Assembly: GCA_973895155.1 (NCBI GenBank)
Contig: OZ316898.1
Location: 16,723,420-16,787,419 of the forward strand
Source of the DNA: Marsupella aquatica
Lineage: Eukaryota; Plantae; Marchantiophyta
Reading direction: 5' to 3'
Length of the DNA stretch: 64,000 bases
In this document: one piece after another, positions 12,001-25,666 of the stretch
Numbering within the stretch: position 1 is the stretch's first letter
Layout: the number at the start of each line of letters is the position of its first letter
The notes under the pieces: model-generated
The model's database searches: none
The model's input: the letters and a program-made list of their open reading frames with translations, nothing else
What the model was told of the DNA's origin: nothing
Made by a program: the position numbers and the translations under genes

Positions 12001-12419
12001 GAGACTGCAAGCCTAGCTTGCAAGTAGCTAGTCCCTCAAGGGCCTACATAGCTAGAGTAGAGTCCCAACATGTTGTTGCCTCTAGTGAAGTGAATCACAT
12101 ATGTACTATGTCTACTAGTGTATGTTCATTGGATATTGCACGTGTGCATGCTATCTTATGAGTAGCAGTCGTTGTACTCAACAGGTCTAGGCACCCATGC
12201 AGGAGGACCAAGGAGTTTCCTCCCCTGTCCCATCTATGAGCATGAGGGAAGGGGGACCTAGGACCCATTGCCTGCAAGTGCACTATACCAAAGAAAATTA
12301 GTGACAAATAGAAATAGTAAAATAAATTTAAAATACAAACAGAAAATTGAAAAACAGAAAAACAAAATCAAGCTCTAATAATGACTCTTGTCTATGATGG
12401 GATAGGGCAAGCATCAAGG

Positions 12420-12860
12420 AGCAACATATTTTGTGCAACGTCAAGTTTTCCCCAAATGCAATCTTTTCTATAACATCATGTTTGAGAATGACATCTTCTC
12501 GGGCATCTTTGCTACAAACAACATAGTTTTCAAAACATCTTTTTTGTAATGTCATGTTTTTCACAAATTACATTGCTCATGCATCAAAGTAGTTTGTACA
12601 ATTACATTTTCCCCATCACAACATTAGACATCTTTTGTGCAAAGTCATCTTTTTACAAACAATGTCCTTTCTACAACAACCTTTTACTTAATGAAGGCTT
12701 TAGTGCAAACATTTTGTCTAAAAATGACATCTTTTAGGCATTGATATGTTTTTGATAACTACATCTTTTACACAGCCAACATGTTTTCCACTATAATATC
12801 TTTTTTACAACAACATTTTTTGCAATGAGCATCATCAACAAATGACATCTTTTGTGTGCA
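12420..12860. repeat. Degenerate AT-rich minisatellite-like region (recurrent ACATCTTTT/AACATTTTT)
   Basis: More than ten variants of (G/A)ACAT(C/T)TTTT within ~450 bp; no credible ORF. Confidence 0.5.
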
Positions 12861-13855
12861 AGGATGTAGTCTATTGCACTGGTATTATATAATAAGAGGA
12901 AGGATCCCTTGGGACATCAAAGGCGGTCCAAATGGATACACATTATAAAAGTAAAAGAAAAACTCAGTGAGATCTACATTTTGAGCCCTAGATGTTGTCA
13001 TTTGATGAATGGGTGCAATTGATATGGTGGTATCAAAGGTTCATGGTTAGGCGCCCCCTGGCAAACGCAAAACTCTCAATTCTGGAATGAGCACTCAGGC
13101 TCACCCGGAGTATTTAGATACCCAATAGTGTTTTAAGTAACTCAACATCCAACCACCTGACTTTGGAATTGGTCCTTTCGTGCATTTGTAGCACAATGTC
13201 AATCCATCGACTGAAACGGAAGAAAAGGTTCACTGTATGTGGACGAGAAAACTTGCCAAGACGTGGGTCCAGCTTCTTCAATCTGGCGACCACTTGGGAC
13301 TAAAACCAAACGGAGCACTGATTTGCAGACAAATTGTCAGTGATTGCTCTAAATTGTACCGCATCTGACTTGGGCTTTCTCTCAAGGTTCCCTTGCCCAA
13401 TTAATGTGAATTGTATATGTTTCTTCGAGGGCATACTACTGTAGAATTTTTGTCAGTGCTTGGAAATAGAAATTTGATGATAAAAGCTCCGTCTGTTATA
13501 TCGTCTGTGATGAAGGTTGAAAAGTTTTGACAATTCGTAATCACATCGTCCTACTGGCTGGCAAGAGCTTGTTCGGGGCTGGCAGTCCTCTCGCTGATCA
13601 AAGATTGAAGTATTTTGCAAGGAAGGAGGTTGTGAATCAGTGACAAGTGCAGAGCCGGAAATTGCATTACATTCGTGTTGCAACCCATCTGTCCCAGCTC
13701 ACGCAATTCATTTTGCAAGTCCCTTATTGCTACATCTGTCAGCCACTTCATGTCTCAGCCACAACTTCTAGAAACTTCAATTCCTAGATGGAAACTTGAA
13801 AAGGAGAACCCGTGGATGGAAGCAGCGGTATAGAGATCTGCGGAGAGGACTAATC

Positions 13856-16830
13856 ATGATTGCCCGCAGCTCTCCAGCAAAATTTCTCGCATTTGATGCT
13901 TGTTCCTCATCGTCTACACAGAAAATCTCCAGTTACGAAAGAACCCGGGCTTCCAGAGAAACCTCATATGCACAGAGTCTTTCAAACTGGACCAGCAATA
14001 GAACCAATGCAGCATTACATTGTTCAAGGGCTTTTCGCAATGAGAGAGCGACGGAGAAGTATGGTCGAGGATACTTACTCAAGGGTCTGAATCTACATGT
14101 AACGGTTGCTAGCAAAGGGAGTGGAATTTCATTGCACCCACCAACGGAAGAGCATATCGTCGTAGAGCAATCTCAAGCTCGTCCAATGACCAGACCCGGC
14201 AGCACAGAGGCGGAGAGGATCGAAGTGCTTGATATGGATGAATATTTTAGTGGTGATGTTGGACGTATCTCCAGGTTCTGTGACCGCGTTAGAGAGCAGT
14301 GCCACACGGTTGGATTCTTCTACGTGAAGAGTCACGGGGTGCCTGAGGAGCTTTGTGACTCATTCCTCCAGTTGGGCCGTGAATTTTTCGACCTACCTTC
14401 TGAATTGAAGGTGCTCTTTGCCCTCGGTGTGCTCGCCCGTGCACATCCGTTGAAGTCAAATATGTCAAATGCATAAAAGAATCACCTTATGAATCGGAAT
14501 GATAAATTTTATACAGGCAAAATAGAATCACGACCTCGGGTGGTTTTCAAACGAAGTGCAATTGTCGGCACTGAGAGGAATGCATCTGCTAGTTGCATCA
14601 CATAAAAGCATTCTCGGTGTCCACTGTAGGAAAGCCTTAGAAGTCAGTCGATTTTGATCTTGATAGCTTGTTGATCTAGTCATATAGGGCGTGAGGGGAA
14701 CTGTAAAGTGTTGTTTGATGAGGAAATAAGCAATTTGAGGCTTATTAATATTGTTGATCTGTGCAGTACCAGTGTAGCAGCAAGTCAATGGGCATGTGAC
14801 CGTGGTATGTTGCAATCAAATAAGCTCTGGGGAATGTGTTGCAGATGCAATTGGACTACAGAAACTCTGCCCAATTCAGAGGGTACATGAAAGTCGGGGT
14901 GGAAAACACTGGTGGGATAACAGACTTCAGGGAGCAGCTTGACCTAGGACCTGAAGAAGCAGAGGACTTTGATATTGTTGGTACCAGTCACAAAGCCTCT
15001 ACTCGCTTGCTCTGACATATCTCTCTCCCTTCAAATTTTCCCTGACTCGTGATAGACCATCTCCCTAAGCAGCCTCAATCAGGAAGGGTTCGTAGATTCA
15101 AAGCGGTGTTAGAGTGTGAAATCTAAACCGCTTTCCTTCTCCTTCGGTGATGTTATCGTAGCTATGCTCAGGAGTTCATTTCTAGACTATATTTCTTTGC
15201 AAGAGATGCCTGGCCATGTAGTGTGGTGGCACGTTCCCAGATGTTCCACTTTTGGCGAGTTTGCTTAATCCATTATGCTCTCAGAAGTTGCCAGATCATT
15301 GATGTATGTAATAAGGGATCCTGACTGCTACCTCACGGTGTTCCAGACGGAAAGGTACAAAAGTTGGTGTATCCTGTTTACCGACGCCTTCTTGGACCTA
15401 ACCAGTGGCCACCAGAACAGTTGTTACCAGATTTCAAATCGAAAGCAGAGGAGTTCATGGAGAGGACGGGAGCACTATCCATGCATCTCATGCAGGCCAT
15501 CGCTCTCTCTTTGGGTCTGCGGAAAGACTACTTTGATTCAACTTTCCAAAATTCCCCTCATTACCAAATGAAGGTGAAATGCCTCAACCTGCTTTACTCC
15601 TCTGTTGACGAATCCGCTTAACTCTGAACTGCAAGTCCTTCACCAGTCTTTGATATGTAGTCTCACCTTGAATTCGCACGAGAAACTGACTAGTCCGACC
15701 GAAAAATAACATAGTTAATAGGGAACATAAATGGGCAGTGGGACCGCCATTTTACAAGGACCTGCATGTGTAATATGTCACTAGGCACTGAAGGTTGGTA
15801 GAGAAAATCAAGAGACTAACTGACTTTCAGCTAAAGTTCAGAATATGGTGTGGGGCTCCTCCAGGTTGTTCGGTATCCTCCAAAATCAGAAAACCAAGAT
15901 GCCAAGACTCCGGGCATGTTTGGGGTCGGTGAACACAGCGATAGTGGCTTCCTCAGCCTTCTCCTGCAAGATGCTGTTGGTGGTCTCCAGGCATGTACTT
16001 CCAATAGTAGTTGGATGTCGCGTTCGTTCTGGGCAATTTCATTGAATTTAGATTAGTCCAATATTGTACATTTCTACACCAGGTTTGGAGAGAGTCAGTT
16101 AGTTCATTTTGCGTGGAATTTTCTTAAAGTTTCATCAGCAATTGACCTACAGCTCTGGTTTCGTCTTTGATAATGTGGCACTCAAGTTTTTACTTCAAGA
16201 TTGGAACGGGTACGAGAGCTATGCACTAGTAGAGAAGTGAGAGAAGCTGTCTCACATTGCAACAACTTATTGTCACCATATGCTTATGTTAGCGCCTGAA
16301 GTATTTTGAAATTCCAACATATGTCGATGCACTTTTAAGTGACGTTGGTAATGCTGCAGGCACAAACTAGTGCTGGAGAATGGACTGATGTCCCACCTAA
16401 ATTGGGAACATTTGTGGTCAACCTTGGGGAGATGCTTCAGCTTGCTACTAGTGGATACTATCTGGCAACTGTGCATCGGGTACAGAGTCAGACTGGAAGT
16501 ACTTCTAGGTACTCCGTACCTTTCTTTTTCAATCCTAGACTGGACACTGACATAACAGCCTTGAGTATGGTTGCAAAAGAATCTGTCCAAGATGTCTCAC
16601 CTTTGCTTGTACAAGATACTCTGTTGCGCAAGCATTCGAAAACTCACGGCGGAGCAAACAAATTGCTTCCAGTTTTTGGCCAAAATACTTTCAAGAGTTA
16701 TGCAAGAAGTCATCCAGACATTGTGCGGGAGCATCATGCAGACTTACTTCAGTCTGATGGTAAGCTTGTACTAAGTAAACTTGAGGACTTCTCACCTAAT
16801 CCTCAGGTAATTAAAGGTAAAGCTCTGTAA
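13856..16830 (+). CDS. 2-oxoglutarate/Fe(II)-dependent dioxygenase, isopenicillin N synthase-like; exons 13856-14410, 14845-14980, 15347-15573, 15865-15990, 16360-16830
   Basis: DIOX_N motif (VGFFYVKSHGVP...FFDLP), FRGY, REQLDLGPE, GPNQWP; iron ligands HSD...H (TVHRV); 2OG-binding RYS. The exons join in frame, with the fourth intron GC-AG. The ~120-aa Ser/Arg/Ala-rich N-terminal extension resembles a transit peptide; the start codon is inferred. Confidence 0.9.
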
Positions 16831-18378
16831 GCTGGACTACATATCAAAGCTGAAAATGTAAGATAGGAAGAGTAAAATGCCCTGTAATGTAAGTTTGTAT
16901 CGTCAAGCTGGTGTACTTAATTAGAGAGAACCACTCAGATGACTCGTCATTTTTACAGATTATTAGACTCATGGAATGCGAAAGTGGCCAAATTGACATA
17001 CAGAGCTGGCAGAGAGTGACGTTTAAAGAATAAAGATCCTCAGGGCTCCACATTATCCAGATAAGGCAAGGCACTTCGAGAAAGTGATGTGAGAACATTG
17101 AGTCAATGCGTAAGGGAAAGTTTCTGAATTCCACAAGTTGTAATGATGTATCCACCTTCAACCTTTTTAAGGATGTGCTGTCTCGACAGTTTTGATACTG
17201 TATGGCATAATTTTGGATTCCAATCGAGTTTGATTTTGTGTGAGCTATATTTCTGGATTGCAATAGAGGGCTTCACTCCACATCCGTGGGACATGCCCCT
17301 ACCAAAGACACCCCAACACCCAGTCACCCTCATTTTCCCTACTTTCCGAATCTGAATTTCTTAGGAACAATGTGTACAAGGACTAATGGAGTTTGATTGC
17401 TGTACCGTAATGTACGGTGCACGGCCCATTACTGTTTGCAAGGCCACTATACAAAAGTAAAACTATGCCAAGGTGAACAGCATACAAGCCCACGGTAAAA
17501 AGTATTAGATTGTCAAACCTTCTTCAAAGCATTCCGTCAAGTAAAGGCAAGCATCGTGAGAACTTCTGCACTACCATCCGTCAAGTAAAGGCAAACACGG
17601 ATACCACTGTTGATCGTGACTTAGTCAGCAGAGAACAATCATAAATAAGCAATTCGCCTACTTAGAGAAAATAAAACCAAGCTTTAATACATCCGCGTCA
17701 CACGTAAACAAAGTACTGAACAATCATTAATACAAAAGAGGCATGGAACAACTCAATGTTGGTCCGATTTTAAAAATACGTAGAAGCCAAATTCTGCAAG
17801 CCACTACTTTACATTCCCAACTCAAAGGATTTTTTCATCCTAAATTTTCTTTCTCGGAACGTGATTTTCAGAAAAGTTTATACCAAATGACTGAAGTCTT
17901 TCAAAGTCGTCTTGAGATTGGGCGTGAGTTTGGTCCCAACTCTCAAGTCTCGCCCTGGGTTTCCTTTAGTTTAATCCAAAACTGGCCCGAATTGTCCTGG
18001 GTTTACAGTTCAGTACTGACTCAGGTTCCAACTTCGAAAATGGTCGATTCCGCCCATCTCTCGCCTCCCATCCTCAATTACTTTACGAAGAGCATCACTC
18101 ACCCTTCTTCTGCGGACGAAGCCGGAGTTCACTTTTAGCCGATGACAGATTGCATGTTCGAGCTGGAGGAGAAATTCTTCAGCTGAAGGAATCCGGAGGG
18201 CGCGAGCCAAGTGGGGGATAGGAAAGCTCACGTGACAAAACAAAGACGAGTGAAAGTAGAAAATTGTAAAGGAAACGCAACACTCGGTTCCAGCTTGCGG
18301 AGTGAGAACTAATTCATCCAGTCGGGACAAGTACTAGAATTGCTAGAATTTCGAACCGAAGATTAATCAGCGGTGCTG

Positions 18379-21156
18379 ATGATGGCAATGCCGACTCCAA
18401 GATGCTGCTCAGGAGGAGCAACAGCAGTACATATCGCCCATGGCAAGGGTACTGTAGTTACAGTGCTGTCCTCTACTCTTTCTCACCTCCTGTGTTTTTA
18501 TTAGTCTTGCTTTAGTTCAGGTCATTGAATCATCGCCTTGCAGGCCCGTCTGTTTAGGTGTGTTGATGTGGAGATTCGCTGCACGAGTTGGATTTGAGTC
18601 AGTGATTTGGTAAAGATGGCGAGGGCAGTGCTGTTTTTCAAATGTGCTTGCAGACTTGAGCTCGACGTTTAATTGATTTTGTGTAATTGTTGCCAATTAT
18701 AGGCTTCTTCTGTCCTTTGGGTTTTCCGAGGGTTGGCTGTTCTCCTTCCCCTGCAACACTGGGCTGGTGTTTGAGAAGCATTCGGAGAGTACAAGTAATT
18801 AAGGCTGCAGTTCCTGAGGAAGGTTTGGTGGCCAGTACGGCGGCCCACACTCTACAGAATGGCTCCGCTGCTACTTCTTTTACCACCGAAGAAGGTAAAG
18901 ATCATGGAAATAAACGCCTGCTTCTATCATGACGATTTTTTTTCAATTCTCTCATTTGAATTTTTGATAGGTCAACAAAAGCGTGCGCATGATGGTTTAG
19001 GGATACTGTAAGTGGGGGATTGTTCTAGATGAGGTTTATTTCTTGGAGATACTTTTGTGTCTTGTGATCTGCTCGCTAATTCGATCAATAGAAGTCCAAA
19101 TTTCCGAATTATGCATAGATTATGCTGGTTTGGTACTTGAGAAACGCATAAACCTAAACCAATAATATAACGCGTATAGTTTATTGGATCGATTCTGGAC
19201 TGATCACACCTACATTTTGGAACGGTTGCTCGTTTAGTGCTGCCTCGAATCGGCAAAGTCTCTCGAGTGACGAAGGAAACAAGTGTGAATGTGAAGCTCA
19301 ATCTGGACGGGACTGGGATTTGCAATTGTAGCACCGGGATTCCATTTCTGGACCACATGCTGGATGTAAGTCTACGCCTTTTGAATCCACCCATCGGGCA
19401 TTATGGTAATAGCAAACGTCAGAATTTTTTCTCTCCTTGATGGGAAGAAATTGTACCTCTGGGATCCTATGGTGTACGGAGCCAATCTGTCACTGGACAA
19501 AGAGCAAGAAGTTGTGTTTCTCCTTACTCTCTGATGGCTGCCAACACCAGCTTACGTTGGAAATCGTGTCTTGCAGCAACTTGCGTCTCATGGACTGCTC
19601 GATGTGGAGGTCACTGCCAAGGGTGACGTACATATTGATGATCACCATACAAATGAGGATATCGGTCTTGCTGTAGGAACTGTAAGTCCCCAATTCATAA
19701 TATTTTCAATAACTGTTCATCCAAGACAGGCATAAGTTACGTACCGGTCAAGTTTGCACAGACATCCCCGCTCATTTATTCGTATAGGGTTCAATCGAAG
19801 CGATCATTCTCAGTTTTTCGAGTTAAGCCAAGAAGACTTCTACTTAAGTCAAAATGGCTCCGGAGCATCGTGAATTTCAAGTGATAATGGTATTGTCCTT
19901 CATTAGGAATGTTCGACTTGCAAAGACTTGCTATTATTTATTTTGACGTTTTCATTCAAGAATACATACTACAGGCACTTCTTCAAGCTCTGGGAGATCG
20001 AAAAGGGATTTATCGTTTTGGGGACTTCAATGCTCCGCTAGACGAAGCTCTGGTCCATGTTGTTTTGGTACGAATTCTATTAGTGTCTTCTTTCCTGATA
20101 TGTGATAGCTTGAAATGCAAATGAAATTCTGGCATGTAGATTGTGATGCGCAAGATGGCCTGCCCGCCAGCAACTTAGCTGTCTATCATTAATTCCTCCT
20201 TTTCTTCTCCTCAACTGGGGTCTCTGTCTGATGCTGCAAGAATCTTGAAGGGAAATTTCTGTTGAAAGCCTAGTGACAGACTTGCCCCCACCATTTGGTG
20301 CTTTTGCATATAACGCAGGATTTATCAGGGAGACCGTACTTGGGGTATGATGTGAATATCCCTACTCAAAGAGTGGGTACTTATGACACACAGGTTTGTA
20401 ACCAAAGTTCCATGGCCATTTACCGGGGATGATCCAAAGTCACAGTTTAACGCTTTCAGTCTTTTATTGAGGCTCGTCGATTAGTTGAATTTAGTCATGA
20501 GTAGTGGTTCTCGTTTGTAGTTGGTGGAGCACTTCTTCCAATCTGTTGTCAACACTTCTGGCATGACATTACATATTCGGCAGGTGCAGTCTGACTTTCC
20601 TCACTCTCTTGATTACGCACTGGAGTTTCAGTATTTAGTTTCAGCCATGTTTGCTGTACTCAAAGTCAGTGGAACTGGGTCAGCCACTAACTGATTTGTA
20701 CTTGCACGTTTATTCTGATACGCAAGCATTGAAGTGCCATGTTTTTCTTAGCTAATTCCAGCTCGGACGATTCATCATTTCTTAGAAGGAAGTTCTTGGT
20801 TCTGTGTAGCTGGCTGGAAAGAACTCGCACCACATAATTGAGGCTACTTTTAAAGCATTTGCGAGGGCCCTTCGACAGGCAATTGAGTATGACTTAAGGA
20901 GGAAAGGGACAATCCCCAGGTAAAGACATCAAAACTGCATGCAAAAGGATCAACTTTGACTGATATTGATGTGAAAGTCAGATTTCCTTGCTGATTGTCC
21001 ATTTTGTGGCATCGGACTCTCATATTTCTTTGAATATTGGATACGTCTTCAGTCTTGTGGACACCAATCGCATTCTATGGAAAATATTCTAGTAGGCTTT
21101 ACGATGCAATTGCTTTCATCTTGTGCAGCTCCAAAGGCGTCCTTTCTCGAGCATGA
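18379..21156 (+). CDS. HISN5: Plastid imidazoleglycerol-phosphate dehydratase; exons 18379-18448, 18703-18894, 19238-19365, 19577-19681, 19975-20067, 20319-20393, 20521-20583, 20810-20919, 21129-21156
   Basis: [56 protein letters not shown] and PSSKGVL motifs; all introns GT-AG and in frame. Exon 1 is less certain. Confidence 0.95.
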
Positions 21157-22125
21157 TTGTGGAATGGACATTAAGTTGATTCAGCGGTATTGGAATCATC
21201 TTTAGAAAGCTACTGTCAGAGATTTCTGGCTTGTTCTGTCCGAAAGGACTTCAGAGTTGAGGTCCACAAGTATACGGTCCTCATTGAAAGTTTGGACGCC
21301 TGCAGAATTCATTTCCCTGTACGAAGAAATATTAATTTAAAGTTGACATGGAAAATCTCTGTTCAACATTTCCTGGATACTTCGTTAGGCAAGTGTTTTG
21401 CAGGTGTTGCGAGCTAGGTGTTCGTTGTAATGTCCAGGGTCCATTTACAAGTAGCACGTTAATGGAAAGTTGCTTGAGCTCGATTCTTTCAAGACTAATT
21501 GCATCAACTCTCGCGATGGTTGTAAACCAAGGTTGTTTCTTCCTTACTCGAGGTTTTCGGCATTTACTTCAATATTGGATAAAACCAGGACAAGGATGTA
21601 GGCCGAAGATCCCAGCATTGGCTTTGGACATGAATTTACAGTCGTAAGGTTTCGAGGCACCAACAGGCCTATCATGCTACGGTCGATAATCATCCATAAA
21701 TGTCCAGTCTCATCACATACAACCTGGCTTCATTTGAAACCCTAGCTAATGGCTGATGCATCTTTTTCCCGAAGTACTGTAGAACATTAAATTTATGAGG
21801 ATTAAATATGGCATTCTGAACAGCAGCGCTCCAGTGGAACAGAGAATATGAAGGAGCCCACGAGCTATGGTAATGGCGAGTTAGAAATACTTCCTTACAT
21901 CTGTGGGATTCAGAAACTAAGACAACAAAATGCTTTAGCTTTCCCAGGGGCCAAGTGGGCCTTTTGTTCAAGAGAGCCAAGGTGCAATGATGAATCTGAA
22001 AGACGTGAGGGCATATTGTATTTTGGCTCGCATTTTAAGCAACGACAAATTTGTACTGCTTCAGCACGTGCTTGAGCCATCCCATTGAAGTACTATATTT
22101 CCAGGATTTTGGTAACCGGTGAGGC

Positions 22126-22250
22126 TTCAATTTGCCTGGCCTTGGGGTTTTTGCAGCACAGATTGTGTGTTAATTTATTATGACATTATACTGTTCAATT
22201 TGCCTGCGTTGGTGTTTTGCTGCACAGATTGTGTGTTGATTTTATTATTT
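22126..22250. repeat. Degenerate two-copy tandem duplication, ~68-bp unit
   Basis: TTCAATTTGCCTG...CACAGATTGTGTGTT at 22126 and 22194. Confidence 0.8.
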
Positions 22251-23020
22251 TGTTGATTTTATTATGACGTGAGACGGCAGGTGCATCTTAGTTGATGTTG
22301 TGGGAGCTAACCTTGAGTGTCAGTATATCATCCGCTTGAGGATCTCACGCAACCAAACAATTTCGGGATAGTACAGCACAATCAAAGAATTATGTAGGGC
22401 AAAGAAAATCAAATAAACAGCAACATATTCAAAGAGTTACTGTACTACAGCACAACGAGAGTCAAAGAATTAGTGTAGTGCAAACTCCTTGTGACCAAAT
22501 CTTCGGATCACTAAAAGCCAAATGGACACTCTTACGTGGACAGAAATTCCTTCGACCCAAAGAAACCGAATTGGCCCAGTGACCACGTAAGGTCACTTGT
22601 GTGTCGCCGTAGGGTTAAACTTCATGTCAGTTTTGTGAGCTCTCCTTTGAGTGTTCTCTGCATTTTATACATCGTTATAACGACAAAAAAAACCGTACAG
22701 GGTCCACGAATTGGAGCTTTAATCGGCACCCAATGAGGTACCTTATTATAAGCGACAACCGAGGCGTTGCTGATTGGCAGATCCATGGCGGCTCTGGCCT
22801 CCTTTCCTCCACAAGGACGTAAGACAGGAGGCATGATAAGGTAATGCAGGGTAAGTTTGGCAATTAGTCTTTATCATTCCCCTCCCATAAGATGGGGGAT
22901 AGCCCTCGTTCCTCGCTCGAACAAAAATATTGTAGACTATAATTACGAGTAAAGAAACCACCAGCTCTGCTTGTCCCATCCTTCACTTCGTAGCTCAAAT
23001 AACTAAGATAGTCCTATGAT

Positions 23021-23201
23021 TGGACCTTGAATTATCTTTGCCAAACAAATGATTGCTGATATGAACTAAAGTCCTGATTGAGCTCCACTTTGTTTATGAA
23101 GCCCAGATGGACCTTGAATTATCTTTGCGAAACAAATGATTGCTGATCTGAACTAAAGTCCTGATTGACCTCCACTTTGTTTATGAAGCCCAGATGGACC
23201 T
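23021..23201. repeat. Two-copy tandem duplication, 87-bp unit
   Basis: TGGACCTTGAATTATCTTTGC...GAAGCCCAGA at 23021 and 23108, with a residual TGGACCT at 23195. Confidence 0.95.
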
Positions 23202-23304
23202 GGCAAGCTTGGATGGACTTGCTCTAAAGATTTGATTTGAACTGATTGAAATATGACCTATAAACTGTCTCCTTACCACAACCTGTGATGATTACAGAGC
23301 TTCT

Positions 23305-23421
23305 GCTCTCAAATGCTAAGGGCAACATATTGTTGAATCACATAAACACCCACAACGTGCAGCTCTCAAATGCTAAGGGCAACATATTGTTGAATCACAT
23401 AAACACCCACAACGTGCAGCT
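23305..23421. repeat. Perfect two-copy tandem duplication, 57-bp unit
   Basis: GCTCTCAAATGCTAAGGGCAAC...CAACGTGCA at 23305 and 23362. Confidence 0.95.
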
Positions 23422-25637
23422 AAGGTTATCTGCTTGTTTTTTAATGTCAATACCTCCCGTATACAGTTTCCCTGCGTACACAGGTCGACCATATACGGTC
23501 AACAGAATACCTCATTAAAAAACACTCTGCATTTTTAACTATATACGTTATGGTCAGCCTTCGATCCTTGCTCAATACTACCAAGAACAGTAGCGGAATA
23601 GGAAAGGCCGTCGACCCCGTTCCTTCTACTTCAAATTCTCTATGATTGTCAACCACTCAGTACACACCTTTAACCCATGTTATCAACTGAAACGAGCGAC
23701 AAACCCCACTCTGTACAGACCGAGTGTATATCCCAAGAAGCAGCGCCGATTTGATTCACTGTCCCGTCAAAATTTTCAAGTCCCACAAGACGGAAAGAGC
23801 TGGGGTAGTTTGCTACAGGCTGACAGCTTTTTTTCTGATAAAAATAAGTAGCGAAAAGTGCCGAATTCCACCCCCACAGAAAAATATCTTGTGGCTAAAA
23901 TTGGCACAACTTTTGTCTTGATTAGCCCATTTTCCACCGGCCACAGATCCTCTCAGCAACAAGCTGATTATTATCTTTAAATCCAAAGTGATCCGATGTC
24001 AGAAATTAATAAGGAAAATGCTAAGTATCTTCTCCTTTCACAAGGCCAGCTTGGCCAGAGGGAAAACCCTGCCGCATTTGGCTGAGCTTTTGTCTTGGAT
24101 TAATAACCAGTTTCTCTTACATCTGGTTAACTTGAATGCCCATTATGGCCTTGATGGGCAAATGAGGGGTCTGGACCTGTCATCTGTCACACCCGGTAGC
24201 CCCGACCACCCATCCCAACCCCGAACTTGAACCCAAATCTCTGGCCCCGGCCCTGACCCAACCTGGCCCAGACCCCAAATTGGGGGACCGGCTTGCTAAA
24301 CCGGGGGAGTCGGGGGGGAGCCCAGACCGGGCCGGGAAGGGGTTTGGGAGAATTTGAGATGACCAAGGAATAAACAGGAATGTCTGTCACTTGGCCCTAT
24401 TTGGAGCCTAATATGATGAGTTCACGTGTTGGGCAACACATAAACTTGCCCATCACTTGAAACCTGGCCTGAATGTGATGGTTATCATTAATCTAGAAAA
24501 ATCTAGGAAAATCTAATGATAAATAATTAATCTAATCAAATAAAGAATATCAGCATCTTCTGTTTCAAACAAGTGGTCTTCGGCCACGTTGGCCAAAAGA
24601 AGCGGAAAAATATTGAGAATTACCGTTAGATTAGGCTTTGCTCAAAAAGGAAAGCCTCTGAATAGCCTCTAAATCTTGAAGGGCACCCGTAACATCCATT
24701 GGTGCTTTTTACTGCTCAGTAAATTTCAGTTCGAGTCAGACAAAATTCTCAGAGGTTATTACCCACAAATAATGTCCATGGAACTCTAAAGTGTGCACAG
24801 AACTGCAGTGTACGGTGGCTGTCGATGGATGTCAGTGCGGAACTGTGGCCATCCATGCATCCATCAGTGCAATGCAATATGTACAGAAGTTGTAACGTGT
24901 TTACGTAAGATGGCCCACGGTGACGCAAGCAGATTACGTCCATCCGTCCTCTCTTCCCTCCCTCCTTGTCCGTCAGTTTTCTTTGCTTGCCCTAAACCCT
25001 TGCTGGTCCCTCTCTTTCTGTCTGTACTTGTCCCTCGTTTCCAAAGTCTCAATTGTTTTTTTTTAAGGCACGAAAGCCGTCTCACTTTTTTTAGTGGTGG
25101 TGGATGGGGGTAGGCTTTTTCATTGTTGCTTCTTTCGTTGCTGTCTCCCGCGCCCAACCCCTTGACAAACAGATGAATTATATCGCTAACTGCAAAGCGC
25201 CAACCAAGGGAAAGGAGAAGTTGTACACCACAGTGACAGTCCGAACGAGAGTAATGCTGGGATGGGCCAAGTTACTGTTGACCAGAAAAGAAGAGATTTT
25301 TATTAATCAAAGAAAGTTATTGCTATCTAAGTACCAAAAAGGTTTTTTCTGGGGTTAATTTGGATTGTTTGCTCCATGGGGGCTTCAGTTTGTTACTAAG
25401 TGAATTGGATGAAATTTGTGGTATTAATAAGAATACATTTTAGCAAAAATTACAAAATTCGATAATGCAAATTCAAAAAGATTCAGCAACGGTTGTGAGA
25501 CTGGAATCAAAATGTTTCTGTGCCTTGAAACAGTTTCTCAGGGCATTCTCCTAAAGCAGTTCCACAAGGCACCGGAACCAATTACACCACCTATGGTTAA
25601 GTTGTGAACTTACCCTCTAGTGTTGCTCTAACTTGAG

Positions 25638-25666
25638 TCTCTCTCTCTCTTTCTCTCTCTCTCTCT
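25638..25666. repeat. (TC)n microsatellite
   Basis: Read directly; one interruption. Confidence 0.9.

Noticed and set aside
23021-23421. CRISPR-like array
   Set aside because: The repeats are contiguous two-copy duplications without unique spacers, there are no cas genes, and the context is eukaryotic.
24190-24350. C-rich then G-rich tract as a MITE or G-quadruplex element
   Set aside because: No definable TIR or TSD; compositional symmetry only.
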